Source: a virus (taxonomy: Duplodnaviria; Caudoviricetes). Taken from it: DNA of 53,089 bases. The position numbers and the translations under genes were made by a program. Below, one piece after another: positions 39,486-47,079 of this stretch (position 1 is the stretch's first letter; each line of letters starts with the position of its first letter). The notes under the pieces were generated by a model. The model did no database searches. It was not told the DNA's origin and saw nothing but the letters and a program-made list of their open reading frames with translations. The DNA lies in IMG/VR virus record IMGVR_UViG_3300030397_000666, positions 1 through 53,089 of that record. One strand, 5' to 3'.

Positions 39486-39855
39486 CGTCTAGTCTCCTTC
39501 TTCTAAGTGGCTTCCTCTCCTCAGGGGGCTTGCTCACTTCCTCCAAAACTTTATTGTAAATCTTTTGAGACACCTTTCTTCGTTCCAAACACTTAGGATT
39601 CTTGGGGTCGTGTTCCCATCCAAGCCACTCCTTAGGAGACTTAATCATCGCGTTCTTAACCCTCTCAAATCTCTCCTTATTTTCTCGTTCCACGAAAGCC
39701 TTAAGTCTTTCTTCTGGTAGGGTGCCAAGTCTCCTAATAGCTAACCCGTCAAAAATCATTAAGGAGTCCAAGGCGCATACAGCATAGAGGAGCTCTTCTT
39801 CTGTCGGTGACCCACCATTCTTAGCGTCAGAGATAATGTCGACCAGGCTTCTCAA
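39472..39855 (-). CDS. Hypothetical protein
   Basis: RBS GGAGG before TTG. Confidence 0.6.
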   Translation of the reverse strand: MRSLVDIISDAKNGGSPTEEELLYAVCALDSLMIFDGLAIRRLGTLPEERLKAFVERENKERFERVKNAMIKSPKEWLGWEHDPKNPKCLERRKVSQKIYNKVLEEVSKPPEERKPLRRRRLDGEDT

Positions 39856-39864
39856 AGTTTCCTC

Positions 39865-40194
39865 CTAGAGATAAAGTTCGTCAGGTAGTTCAGCGTAGCT
39901 CGAAACCTCTTCGTCCCTATAGTGGACCAGGTCCTCTCTATGGTCTGAGAGTCGAGCCTTACCTATCATTTTAACACGCCAGTTAAAACCATCCGGGGCG
40001 TTTATAATCCTATACATCAATTCGACATTATCGTATTTTCTCAACACGCATAAACAGAGGACTGAAGAATAATTGTTATTCAAGCTATTCTTCGGTAAGG
40101 TTTCTTGAAGGCTCTTAAATTCTAAATTTAGAAAGGCGTCCTCCATAGCGCGACGTCTAAGGACAGAGTAAGCGTTTTGAACCTCCTGATCCAT
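39865..40194 (-). CDS. Hypothetical protein
   Basis: Start moved to ATG 40194 (GAGG RBS) to remove the overlap with 40196-40396. Confidence 0.5.
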   Translation of the reverse strand: MDQEVQNAYSVLRRRAMEDAFLNLEFKSLQETLPKNSLNNNYSSVLCLCVLRKYDNVELMYRIINAPDGFNWRVKMIGKARLSDHREDLVHYRDEEVSSYAELPDELYL

Positions 40195-40195
40195 A

Positions 40196-40396
40196 TCAAC
40201 CTCGAAACTTCTTAGAGGCGCCAGTATCCTCAAACTGAAAAGAGTCTCGCTGCTCTGAATAGCTAGGCGCCCTTCCCTGTCTACCCTCAGTCCAAACGTG
40301 CCCACAGTGCTTACAACGATAGGCCCTTCGACCATCGAAGGCTCGTCCCTTATCAAAGTCTTTCTTTCTGCATCTCGAGCAACGTCTTTTACTCAT
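40196..40396 (-). CDS. Small zinc-ribbon protein
   Basis: CSRC...YRCKHCGH; ATGA overlap with the upstream gene. Confidence 0.55.
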   Translation of the reverse strand: MSKRRCSRCRKKDFDKGRAFDGRRAYRCKHCGHVWTEGRQGRAPSYSEQRDSFQFEDTGASKKFRG

Positions 40397-40827
40397 GATG
40401 TTAGCATCCCCAATTCCCAGGCCTGTTCATATTCTTTTTTGGAAATACGATGAGCTGACAAAAGTATCCACCGCTCTGATTGTTCCATCGCTTTCTTGTA
40501 CCATTCAACTAGTGTCCCCTTAAAAGGCTCTGTGCAAAAGTTCCAGTCACCCGAACCTCTCCACCATTGATAGGTGATTAGCCAGTAGTCCTCGCCTTTA
40601 ATTTGTTGCATTAAAATGTTTACAATCTTCCCGATAGTCCTTAGGATAGCGCCCTGACCCTGATACTGACTAGGGTAGAAGTAAGAGTCGCCTATGTGGC
40701 TATCCGCGCATATCTCACAAAAGAAAGCTGGCTCTTGTTTCCCTGGACCTGGATACGTGTATAGTTTTGAGGGTAAATCAGATTTACAAGATTCACAACC
40801 TATTCTTGTTTTTTTCGCTTTTGGCAT
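40393..40827 (-). CDS. Hypothetical protein with CxxC...CxxC
   Basis: CESC/CEIC; GAGG RBS. Confidence 0.55.
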   Translation of the reverse strand: MPKAKKTRIGCESCKSDLPSKLYTYPGPGKQEPAFFCEICADSHIGDSYFYPSQYQGQGAILRTIGKIVNILMQQIKGEDYWLITYQWWRGSGDWNFCTEPFKGTLVEWYKKAMEQSERWILLSAHRISKKEYEQAWELGMLTS

Positions 40828-41348
40828 TGTATCATTCCTCTTAACTTTATCTTAATAACGCAACAAGGTAGTGGACAGATATAGACAGCACGATTGTCTC
40901 TGTCGTAGTAGAAACCTATCCAAAAGTCATACCACAAAAAAGAAAAACTTATAAACTTCTGTTTATTAACCAAAGGCCTTATATCAGCTGCAGCAGCAGT
41001 CGCCTCCTCCTTGGTGGGATAAACTAAAAGTGTAGGTTTAGTCAATGACCAAGTTAGTTTGGGGGTCTTATCCGTGAAGACCTCGTCGTGTTCTTCTTTA
41101 ACCAATAGTTTTACAGCTTCAGGCTTCCTGAACTCAACAAGCTCCAGCATCTCTATAAATCCATTGGTACCAAAATAATTAAAGGCGCCTGTCCAGACAT
41201 GGCCTTGCATCCCCTTATTTCCACCAGCTTGCTCAGAAACCTCGACAAGTTCAGCTCCCTCCTCATGCTCTTGAAGCCAATGTTGTACCTCGTCCATACC
41301 GAATTCAAAAGGCGCAGTCAACATAACGATAGTGGTAACGTTGCTCAC
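40800..41348 (-). CDS. Hypothetical protein
   Basis: 182-aa ORF in the gene chain; C-terminal WYDFWIG..YD......YIC.LPC motif. Confidence 0.6.
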   Translation of the reverse strand: MSNVTTIVMLTAPFEFGMDEVQHWLQEHEEGAELVEVSEQAGGNKGMQGHVWTGAFNYFGTNGFIEMLELVEFRKPEAVKLLVKEEHDEVFTDKTPKLTWSLTKPTLLVYPTKEEATAAAADIRPLVNKQKFISFSFLWYDFWIGFYYDRDNRAVYICPLPCCVIKIKLRGMIQCQKRKKQE

Positions 41349-41645
41349 TTCTCATTGTCCTTTCCTGCAAGCAGATAGCAGACCCTACCAAAACAGACCC
41401 ATATGTCACCAAGAACATTCAGAGAAAGCTTATAAGACCACCAGATACAAGCGAGATAGACGCCCATGGTTAAAGCCTTGAGAAGTTCTTTAACTCCAGA
41501 GAGATCGATGTTCACGTTTATTGTAAAATCCACAACATCCTCCACAAAACAGTCCTGTAGTGGTGGGCTTGGGGCTGGATTATTAGGGACCGAAAGCCGA
41601 AAACCTCTCGGTATAAATCCCAAGCCCACCACTACAGGACTGTAA

Positions 41646-41746
41646 GACACAAAAGGATAGAGACTCTAGGAATGGGCACAAGCCCAAATACATAAACGAT
41701 TTTTCTAATTAAAAAGATTTATAGCGAATCTCTATCCTTTTGTGTC
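41646..41746. repeat. 18-bp perfect inverted repeat (long hairpin)
   Basis: GACACAAAAGGATAGAGA at 41646-41663 / TCTCTATCCTTTTGTGTC at 41729-41746. Confidence 0.85.
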
Positions 41747-41874
41747 CTACTCCCAGTGGGCGGGGTAGAGTGTTCGCTCTACCCTCCTTTTAGCGCAAGC
41801 TCGTATATCGGGTCTCCTGTTTACCCGTCCTAGGATTGGGATCAAGGTTTCACGTCAATCGAACTATTGTTGCT

Positions 41875-41958
41875 TGGTGGCGAGGGAAGGACTCGAACCT
41901 TCCACCTCCCTGGATCAGTTAAGTGCACCAGACGCTCTACACCATGAGCTACCTCGCC
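41875..41958 (-). ncRNA. tRNA-like RNA with encoded CCA and a 14-nt anticodon loop
   Basis: Acceptor GGCGAGG/CCTCGCC-ACCA, D arm GCTC/GAGC, T arm GAAGG-TTCGAGT-CCTTC, loop TGCACTTAACTGAT. Confidence 0.75.
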
Positions 41959-41970
41959 AAAAAAACATAA

Positions 41971-42110
41971 CTCCCAGAGATGGGCTCGAACCATCAACGC
42001 CTTGAGTCGCACGCCCTCAAGGTAAGTCTTTAAGAGAAGCTGATCGAGAATCCCTCATTAGACTCTGCACCTCTTCGCAAAGGCAGCTCTGCCAGTTGAG
42101 CTATCTGGGA
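41971..42110 (-). ncRNA. tRNA-like RNA with a ~76-nt insert at the anticodon position
   Basis: Acceptor TCCCAGA/TCTGGGA, D arm GCTC-AACTGGCA-GAGC, T arm GATGG-TTCGAGC-CCATC. Confidence 0.75.
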
Positions 42111-42118
42111 AAAATTAG

Positions 42119-42255
42119 TGGGCAGGGGTAGAATTGCACTACCGCACCCCAGGACGTTACTCCTGAAGATAAGACCAAATGAGTTTAACAGGCTCGCGGT
42201 CTTTTACAGGGGCAGCTTTCGCCAGCCCCTAGCTCTACTACTGAGCTACCTGCCC
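42119..42255 (-). ncRNA. tRNA-like RNA with three hairpins replacing the anticodon/variable arm
   Basis: Acceptor GGGCAGG/CCTGCCC, D arm GCTC/GAGC, T arm GGTAG-TGCAATT-CTACC; inserted stems AGGGG/CCCCT (GAAA loop), AAGACC/GGTCTT, CAGGA/TCCTG. Confidence 0.7.
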
Positions 42256-42328
42256 ATGATGGCTTGAGAGAAATCCAACCCTAAACAAGTTTTTCACAAG
42301 AAAAAAATGTCCTCTCAAACCAATCTGA

Positions 42329-42488
42329 CGGCATAGGAGGGAATCAAACCACTCCATCGTTTTATATCAAAGGTTCTATGTTGTCTCACTTCTAGGAAGG
42401 TTCGAGTCCTTCCACATTGAGTACCCTCGTAAAACTTACCTGAGAAGCCTCGTAACATAGATAAATAGCCTCTCGTGTCTGGCATGCC
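42329..42488 (-). ncRNA. Degenerate tRNA-like element with a large insert
   Basis: GGCAT/ATGCC closing stem; T-loop-like GG-TTTGATT-CC. Confidence 0.35.
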
Positions 42489-42498
42489 AAAAAAATAG

Positions 42499-42601
42499 TG
42501 AACTAGACAAGGAATCGAACCTCGAAACGCTTCATCAGTTAAGATTCACCGCCGTCGATAGATAACGAGGCCTCGCATCTACCTATATCCAGACCTGTTC
42601 A
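42499..42601 (-). ncRNA. Degenerate tRNA-like element
   Basis: T arm CGAGG-TTCGATT-CCTTG and TGAAC/GTTCA ends; shares CTTAACTGAT with 41875-41958. Confidence 0.4.
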
Positions 42602-42721
42602 GGTTCGGAGTTAAAGGGATTTCACCTTTAAACATGGATGACATCACGTTAAACTCTCTCCATGCAGTAGCCTATCTAGCAACGTGATAGCAGATAGGAC
42701 AATAAACTCTCCGTAAAACGT

Positions 42722-42809
42722 TGGCTATAGCGAGGGGGTTTAACCCACAATTCACACTCGAATTGACGCGCCATTGAGCGTGCGTTTTGATATTAAACTA
42801 CCTACAGCC
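42722..42809 (-). ncRNA. tRNA-like element with an extended anticodon arm
   Basis: GGCTGTAG/CTATAGCC acceptor, GTTT/AAAC D stem, CACGCTC/GAGTGTG stem, weak T arm. Confidence 0.45.
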
Positions 42810-42816
42810 AATCTAA

Positions 42817-42902
42817 AAGCGGGGGAGGGATTCGAACCCACACTAAGCGTTATACGTCTCTGGGTTATGAACCCAGTATGTTAGCCATTACACCACCCCG
42901 CT
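42817..42902 (-). tRNA. tRNA-Met(CAT), initiator-like stem, long variable arm
   Basis: AGCGGGG/CCCCGCT acceptor; CTGGG-TTCATAA-CCCAG; T loop TTCGAAT. Confidence 0.75.
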
Positions 42903-43272
42903 GTATCGGCCCACCGGATAAGACCCAATTCGCCACTGAGTCCACACCTAAGACCGAAGAATACCAACTGTTGCTAACCCCTTCTTTCTTTACCAGGAGA
43001 AAAACAAAAGAAGCAACAGTTGATAAAAACTAGTTGTTCTACATTGCGCCGAGTAGAACTCTCAATAGATCCCTTATAGTCAAGTCCATCTCCAGGAAAT
43101 CCCTTGACCCCAGGAAAAATTCCAGCGTATAGCTACGCTCATTTATCAGCCGCTACCGTACGGCCCCTGGCTTTTACCCCAGGCTAAGTACCTCGCCGCC
43201 GCAATAAATTAAGATGGACTGCAGGAATTTAACCCGCCTCTAGCTAAGAGTTTTCTTAAAATCCACCTGAAT

Positions 43273-43330
43273 AGAGGTAATGGGAATCGAACCCATAGTC
43301 GACGTCAACTACACCAGTTGTTTCTCCTCT
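43273..43330 (-). ncRNA. 58-nt mini tRNA-like RNA with no anticodon arm
   Basis: AGAGG/CCTCT ends, CAAC-TGGTGTA-GTTG D-like arm, ATGGG-TTCGATT-CCCAT T arm. Confidence 0.5.
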
Positions 43331-43338
43331 ATATCTAA

Positions 43339-43410
43339 AGCCAGTAGAAGGACTCGAACCCTCATTCTCTGTTTACAAGACAGTTGCTCTACCCGTTGAG
43401 CTATACCGGC
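43339..43410 (-). tRNA. tRNA-Thr(TGT)
   Basis: Cloverleaf GCCGGTA/TACTGGC; loop CTTGTAA; T loop TTCGAGT. Confidence 0.88.
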
Positions 43411-43597
43411 ATGGAATCTGGCGTATATCAGCTCGAGACAGATATACTGAACTCATTTGAGATCCTTTAGCCCTATCGTCACAGGGTCACGGCGTTCAAC
43501 CTACACCTCTGGGCAATGTGCCCATTATGGTAGTCGATAAGGTCTTAGCGGGTTCTCAGCTAATAAACCATTCCCATGGAAACCCTATCAACCATAA

Positions 43598-43668
43598 AGT
43601 CAGTGGGAGGACTCGCACCTCCACCCCTCGGCATTCCGCGAGAGTTCTACTCGTTAAACTACACCGAC
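43598..43668 (-). ncRNA. tRNA-like RNA with a non-canonical 8-nt anticodon loop (no U33)
   Basis: GTCGGTG/CACTGAC acceptor, GTTT/GAAC D stem, CTCG-CGGAATGC-CGAG, GGAGG-TGCGAGT-CCTCC. Confidence 0.6.
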
Positions 43669-43677
43669 AATAATTCA

Positions 43678-43753
43678 GTGGAGCGGGGAATCGAACCCCT
43701 CGAGCAAAGAGCTCGACACCTGTCGAAACCTAAACCGCAAAAGACAACTCCAC
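43678..43753 (-). ncRNA. tRNA-like element reminiscent of a tmRNA tRNA-like domain
   Basis: GTGGAG/CTCCAC ends, GGTTTCGAC motif, GGGG-TTCGATT-CCCC T arm, no D stem. Confidence 0.35.
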
Positions 43754-43882
43754 CTCAATGTGGTGGTATCTGAGAGAATCCAGTCGGCGACGTTAATCCT
43801 CCTAGTCCTACTTCTTTTCCTACTACGTCAAGCAGACAGGCCCGATACCAAGACCTACTCTGGGCGGGTAAAGCCCATCTAG

Positions 43883-43955
43883 CCCTCACGATGGGACTTG
43901 AACCCACAACCTACCGGTTTAGAACCGATTGCTCTACCAGTTGAGCTAAGCGAGG
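43883..43955 (-). tRNA. Amber suppressor tRNA (anticodon CUA)
   Basis: 73-nt cloverleaf: GCTC-AACTGGTA-GAGC; ATCGG-TTCTAAA-CCGGT; GTGGG-TTCAAGT-CCCAT; anticodon at 43920-43922. Confidence 0.85.
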
Positions 43956-44102
43956 ATGTTCGTGCCCACATTACTAGTAAAGTGAGCTTTAGGTAGACAC
44001 GCAAGCTTACACATGGAACCAGGGCTTTTGACTTGAGCCCATAGAAAACTCAGAGACTTGCAGCGTACGACAACAAGGCAATGTCTCTGGTTTCACTACT
44101 AT

Positions 44103-44164
44103 TGCAGGGTACAGGATTCGAACCTGTCTGGTAACATATTGCTACAGTACCCCCGACACCCTAC
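44103..44164 (-). ncRNA. 62-nt tRNA-like RNA lacking the D arm
   Basis: GTAGGGT/ACCCTGC-A acceptor stacked on ACAGG-TTCGAAT-CCTGT; one central hairpin. Confidence 0.55.
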
Positions 44165-44244
44165 ACAATTAACCGACAACAAGCCAGTTAATAAAATTTT
44201 CTGATTCATTCATCAAACGTAAAAAATCAATACGCTTTCGCCCC

Positions 44245-44271
44245 TTATAATAGCGTCACGGTTTTGGATAG
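44245..44271 (-). promoter_or_regulatory. Promoter-like element heading the tRNA-like array
   Basis: CAAAACCGTGACGCTATTATAA differs by 1 nt from 33034-33055. Confidence 0.65.
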
Positions 44272-44280
44272 TTTAAATAA

Positions 44281-44309
44281 AAAAGCCTTGGTTCATGGCC
44301 AAGGCTTTT
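44281..44309. terminator. Bidirectional intrinsic terminator
   Basis: AAAAGCCTTGG-TTCATGG-CCAAGGCTTTT. Confidence 0.75.
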
Positions 44310-44413
44310 CTGAAGAAGGTAAGCTTTAAAAGCTTTCTGGTGTTGATGGCAATTGATTGAAAGGTTATAGGCTTGTGTTCTATCTTTTTCTAAATTAAGG
44401 GTTTAATAAGAAA

Positions 44414-44442
44414 AGTCTATACCGAATGAAATCGAAAGTCAA
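44414..44442 (-). promoter_or_regulatory. Sigma70-type promoter
   Basis: TTGACT-N17-TAGACT on the minus strand. Confidence 0.5.
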
Positions 44443-44453
44443 GCAGAAAATTT

Positions 44454-44750
44454 TTAACCAACTGCCATTCCTACCATAGTCGTGCTAGGAGTATTCTTCC
44501 TCTCTAATCTGATGTTGACTACCTGGCTGCACCCAACAACTTCCTTAATCAGGTCTTGTACTTGTTCTACCTTATAGCGATAGTAGTCATGGTCATCTAA
44601 AGACATGAAAAGCACAGTTATCGTTAAAGTTAGAATGCAATCCCCCCTCTCATTCAAGCGGTTTAGGGTGACCTTCTCTAACTCACAGCAGGGTAGACTT
44701 CGGACATGGGGACTGAGAAAATTAAGAGCCTCTCTTGCGTTATCAAACAT
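44454..44750 (-). CDS. Hypothetical protein
   Basis: Start moved to ATG 44750 (GAGG RBS), which leaves the GAA hairpins intergenic. Confidence 0.5.
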   Translation of the reverse strand: MFDNAREALNFLSPHVRSLPCCELEKVTLNRLNERGDCILTLTITVLFMSLDDHDYYRYKVEQVQDLIKEVVGCSQVVNIRLERKNTPSTTMVGMAVG

Positions 44751-44761
44751 AAGTATCCTCT

Positions 44762-44789
44762 GCCCCTTCGGGGCGTGTGCTTCGCACAC
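44762..44789 (-). repeat. Tandem GAA-loop hairpins (copy 2)
   Basis: GTGTGC-GAA-GCACAC + GCCCC-GAA-GGGGC on the minus strand. Confidence 0.8.
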
Positions 44790-44799
44790 TATTGTTGCA

Positions 44800-45066
44800 T
44801 TAAACAAAATCGAGAAAGAACCCGCCACCAAACTCAGTAAGAATTACCTCATAGAGTCTGGCGATGATAGCGGCCTTCTTCACAATATCATCCTCGGTAA
44901 GACCATCCTTGCTCACACCCAAATCAACCTCAACCCTGATAGCTACACCATCCCCTCGAGGGTTTACGTCTGCATAAGACTTCTCGGTGTGTATGGCCAA
45001 AACTTTAATGGTAGGAAACTTGTCTTTAAAAATCTGTTGCATTAGTTGAACTTTATTCACCGTCAC
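44800..45066 (-). CDS. Hypothetical protein
   Basis: AGGAGG RBS region. Confidence 0.55.
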   Translation of the reverse strand: MTVNKVQLMQQIFKDKFPTIKVLAIHTEKSYADVNPRGDGVAIRVEVDLGVSKDGLTEDDIVKKAAIIARLYEVILTEFGGGFFLDFV

Positions 45067-45080
45067 CTCCTGAACAAAAT

Positions 45081-45108
45081 AAAAAAGCCTACCGGCAAGT
45101 AGGCTTTT
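45081..45108 (-). terminator. Intrinsic terminator
   Basis: AAAAGCCTAC...GTAGGCTTTT with an A-tract on the + strand. Confidence 0.6.
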
Positions 45109-45182
45109 CGTTGCATTATCGTTTCTTTTTAACTTAATCAGATCAGAGGCTAGACAGTAGGTGGGAGACTAGCTTGAAGTAT

Positions 45183-45302
45183 TTCTTTTCGGTACCTGAT
45201 TGAGTTGAAAGGATTTTACCTAAACTAAGTGTCTTAAGGAAATAGCTTCAACCTCGTTAAAGACTGATGAAATGAGATGACTCAATCAGGTACCGAAAAG
45301 AA
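45183..45302. repeat. 23-bp perfect inverted repeat enclosing 74 nt (candidate structured RNA)
   Basis: TTCTTTTCGGTACCTGATTGAGT / ACTCAATCAGGTACCGAAAAGAA. Confidence 0.85.
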
Positions 45303-45463
45303 TATCGAGTTTTTGTTGTAGTAAAAAAGATACCTCAATATCTCCTCGAGTCAAGAACTTTCCAAAAAAAATAGGGACTAGCAGGTCCCTATTATCTCTA
45401 AATGGCAATCCTCGTAAAAAACCATGTAAAGCCAAAGCATTCTATACTATTTCTCCATTTATT

Positions 45464-45808
45464 TCAATACTCTTTTTCTTCAGCGTATCCCTTGCTTACC
45501 ATGTGCTTGTTCACGTCCAGAAGATAATCGTTGTACCGAACGTAGAGAATCCCAAGGTACCTGCCATACTTTCCCTTTTTGTCCTTAATGGTTTGCACGA
45601 AAACTTTTTTATGCAACACTAAACTTCTCAGGTAGTCTCTGGACTCTTTTCCTTTCACCTTCTCCATGCCTCGAACCTCTGGAGCATTTATACCATGCAA
45701 TCTAATTTTCTCAACGACAGAGACATTGAAGCCAAGATCTACCTGCATTGTAACAGTGTCGCCGTCGTAGACTTTTATAATTTTTCCGTGATACTTGTAG
45801 AGCTCCAT
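45464..45808 (-). CDS. Staphylococcal nuclease (thermonuclease)-like protein
   Basis: YDGDTV, RLHGINAPE and GKYGRYLG motifs; GGAG RBS. Confidence 0.88.
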   Translation of the reverse strand: MELYKYHGKIIKVYDGDTVTMQVDLGFNVSVVEKIRLHGINAPEVRGMEKVKGKESRDYLRSLVLHKKVFVQTIKDKKGKYGRYLGILYVRYNDYLLDVNKHMVSKGYAEEKEY

Positions 45809-46133
45809 GAAATTCTCCCAAAGCAGAAAAAGGACACGAGGTTGCAGTTAAGTTTCCCCTGTCCTTTATCCTCCTTACTGAAAAGGCGTGTATGCAGAAT
45901 AAGTATACCACGATTTCAAAAGGCTTTTCAACTATATTTGGACAAGAAGGGTACCACACTCTCAAGAAAAAAGCAAATAAAAAAAGCCCTAACGGGGGAG
46001 CAGGGCTTTTTAATCGATTCACTGGTTTGTGGATTCAAGCAATCGGATCCAGCGTAAAAATTTTGTGTAGACAGAATCTGGGTCTTTTGACAAATGTCTA
46101 ATATCTCTTAAAGAGAAAATATCAAACCCCTAG

Positions 46134-46163
46134 GTGTGCGAAGCACACGCGAGCGAAGCGAGC
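46134..46163 (+). repeat. GAA-loop hairpin (copy 3) followed by GCGAGCGAAGCGAGC
   Basis: GTGTGCGAAGCACAC at 46134-46148. Confidence 0.75.
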
Positions 46164-46574
46164 TATAGATGGATCTCTTTTCTCTCTCTCCTCCATTATA
46201 CCAAAATACCAAAGTTAGATTTTAATGTCAATAGAAAAATACAAAATTTTAAACCATTGGTATATAACGACTTTCAAAAATTTTGAAAAAAATAAAAATG
46301 AAAAGTCCAAAATTCGATTCCCAGATACAAGTCGAAAAATAAACATACTTATGTTGCATTGTCCAACTATCTCTCTAGGAAAATTAAAAATAAGTTGCGA
46401 ACGAAGTGAGCAATACGGAGTACAAAAGAAAAAGCTACCATTGATTTGAGACGTGATAGCTTTTTTATGAACACTGGAAAATAATTCTATCCTCGGTTCA
46501 ACTTCTCTTCAAATAAAATCGACACTCGGTCTATCCTTCCATCATAGCCTCTGTCTTGCTAGACTGGTAGACTC

Positions 46575-46641
46575 ATAGATCCCAGACTGTAACTTGATAG
46601 ATCCTGAACTGTAGCTTGATAGATCCTGAACTGGTAGATCC
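46575..46641. repeat. Three ~22-bp tandem repeats (iteron-like)
   Basis: ATAGATCC(C/T)(AG/GA)ACTG... units starting at 46575, 46597 and 46619. Confidence 0.8.
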
Positions 46642-47050
46642 GACTTTTGGAAAATCTGAAAATATGGTTTTTTGATCTGCCCAAGATGCCTGTTGCATTA
46701 AGGATTCCACTCGTTGTAAACCCGCATAAACACTGTCTTTCGTTTCCAGAATCCCTATAAATACTGGGTTACAGAGCGATTGAACGAAATTTTTCTCCCT
46801 TTCTACAGATCTTTTGAACAGGGACAGGCTGATCGGATTATCTCCTCTATTTTAAGCCGTGACACAAATGCAACATAAGGTACGTTATCTTACACCTTTT
46901 CATAAGTCGTTGATATTAAACATCTCCCTGTTTTCCTTCTCTTACTCTTCCCTAAAAAACCTACAGAAACACTGTATAAACCTACAAGAAATCCAGTTTA
47001 TACGGGTAATTTTTTTAAAATCGACCTCCAAAAAAATTTTAAGAAAGGTC

Positions 47051-47079
47051 TTGACATCCCTCTCACTTGCCTTTATATT
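47051..47079 (+). promoter_or_regulatory. Sigma70-type promoter
   Basis: TTGACA-N17-TATATT with an AT-rich upstream tract. Confidence 0.75.

Noticed and set aside
41345-41650. 101-aa minus-strand ORF
   Set aside because: The GTG start lies inside a long inverted repeat and the N-terminal composition is atypical; a shorter product cannot be excluded.
41971-42255. Group I/II or archaeal BHB introns in the tRNA-like genes
   Set aside because: The inserts are under 100 nt, lack catalytic cores, and I could not find a BHB or an excision restoring a 7-nt loop.
43678-43753. Bona fide tmRNA
   Set aside because: Only 76 nt, with no tag reading frame, no G3-U70 pair and no encoded CCA.
43576-43773. 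Plus-strand 65-aa ORF
   Set aside because: It is antisense to two tRNA-like elements.
45206-45279. Hammerhead ribozyme (CTGATGA and GAAA present)
   Set aside because: Stems I and II cannot be paired convincingly around the core.
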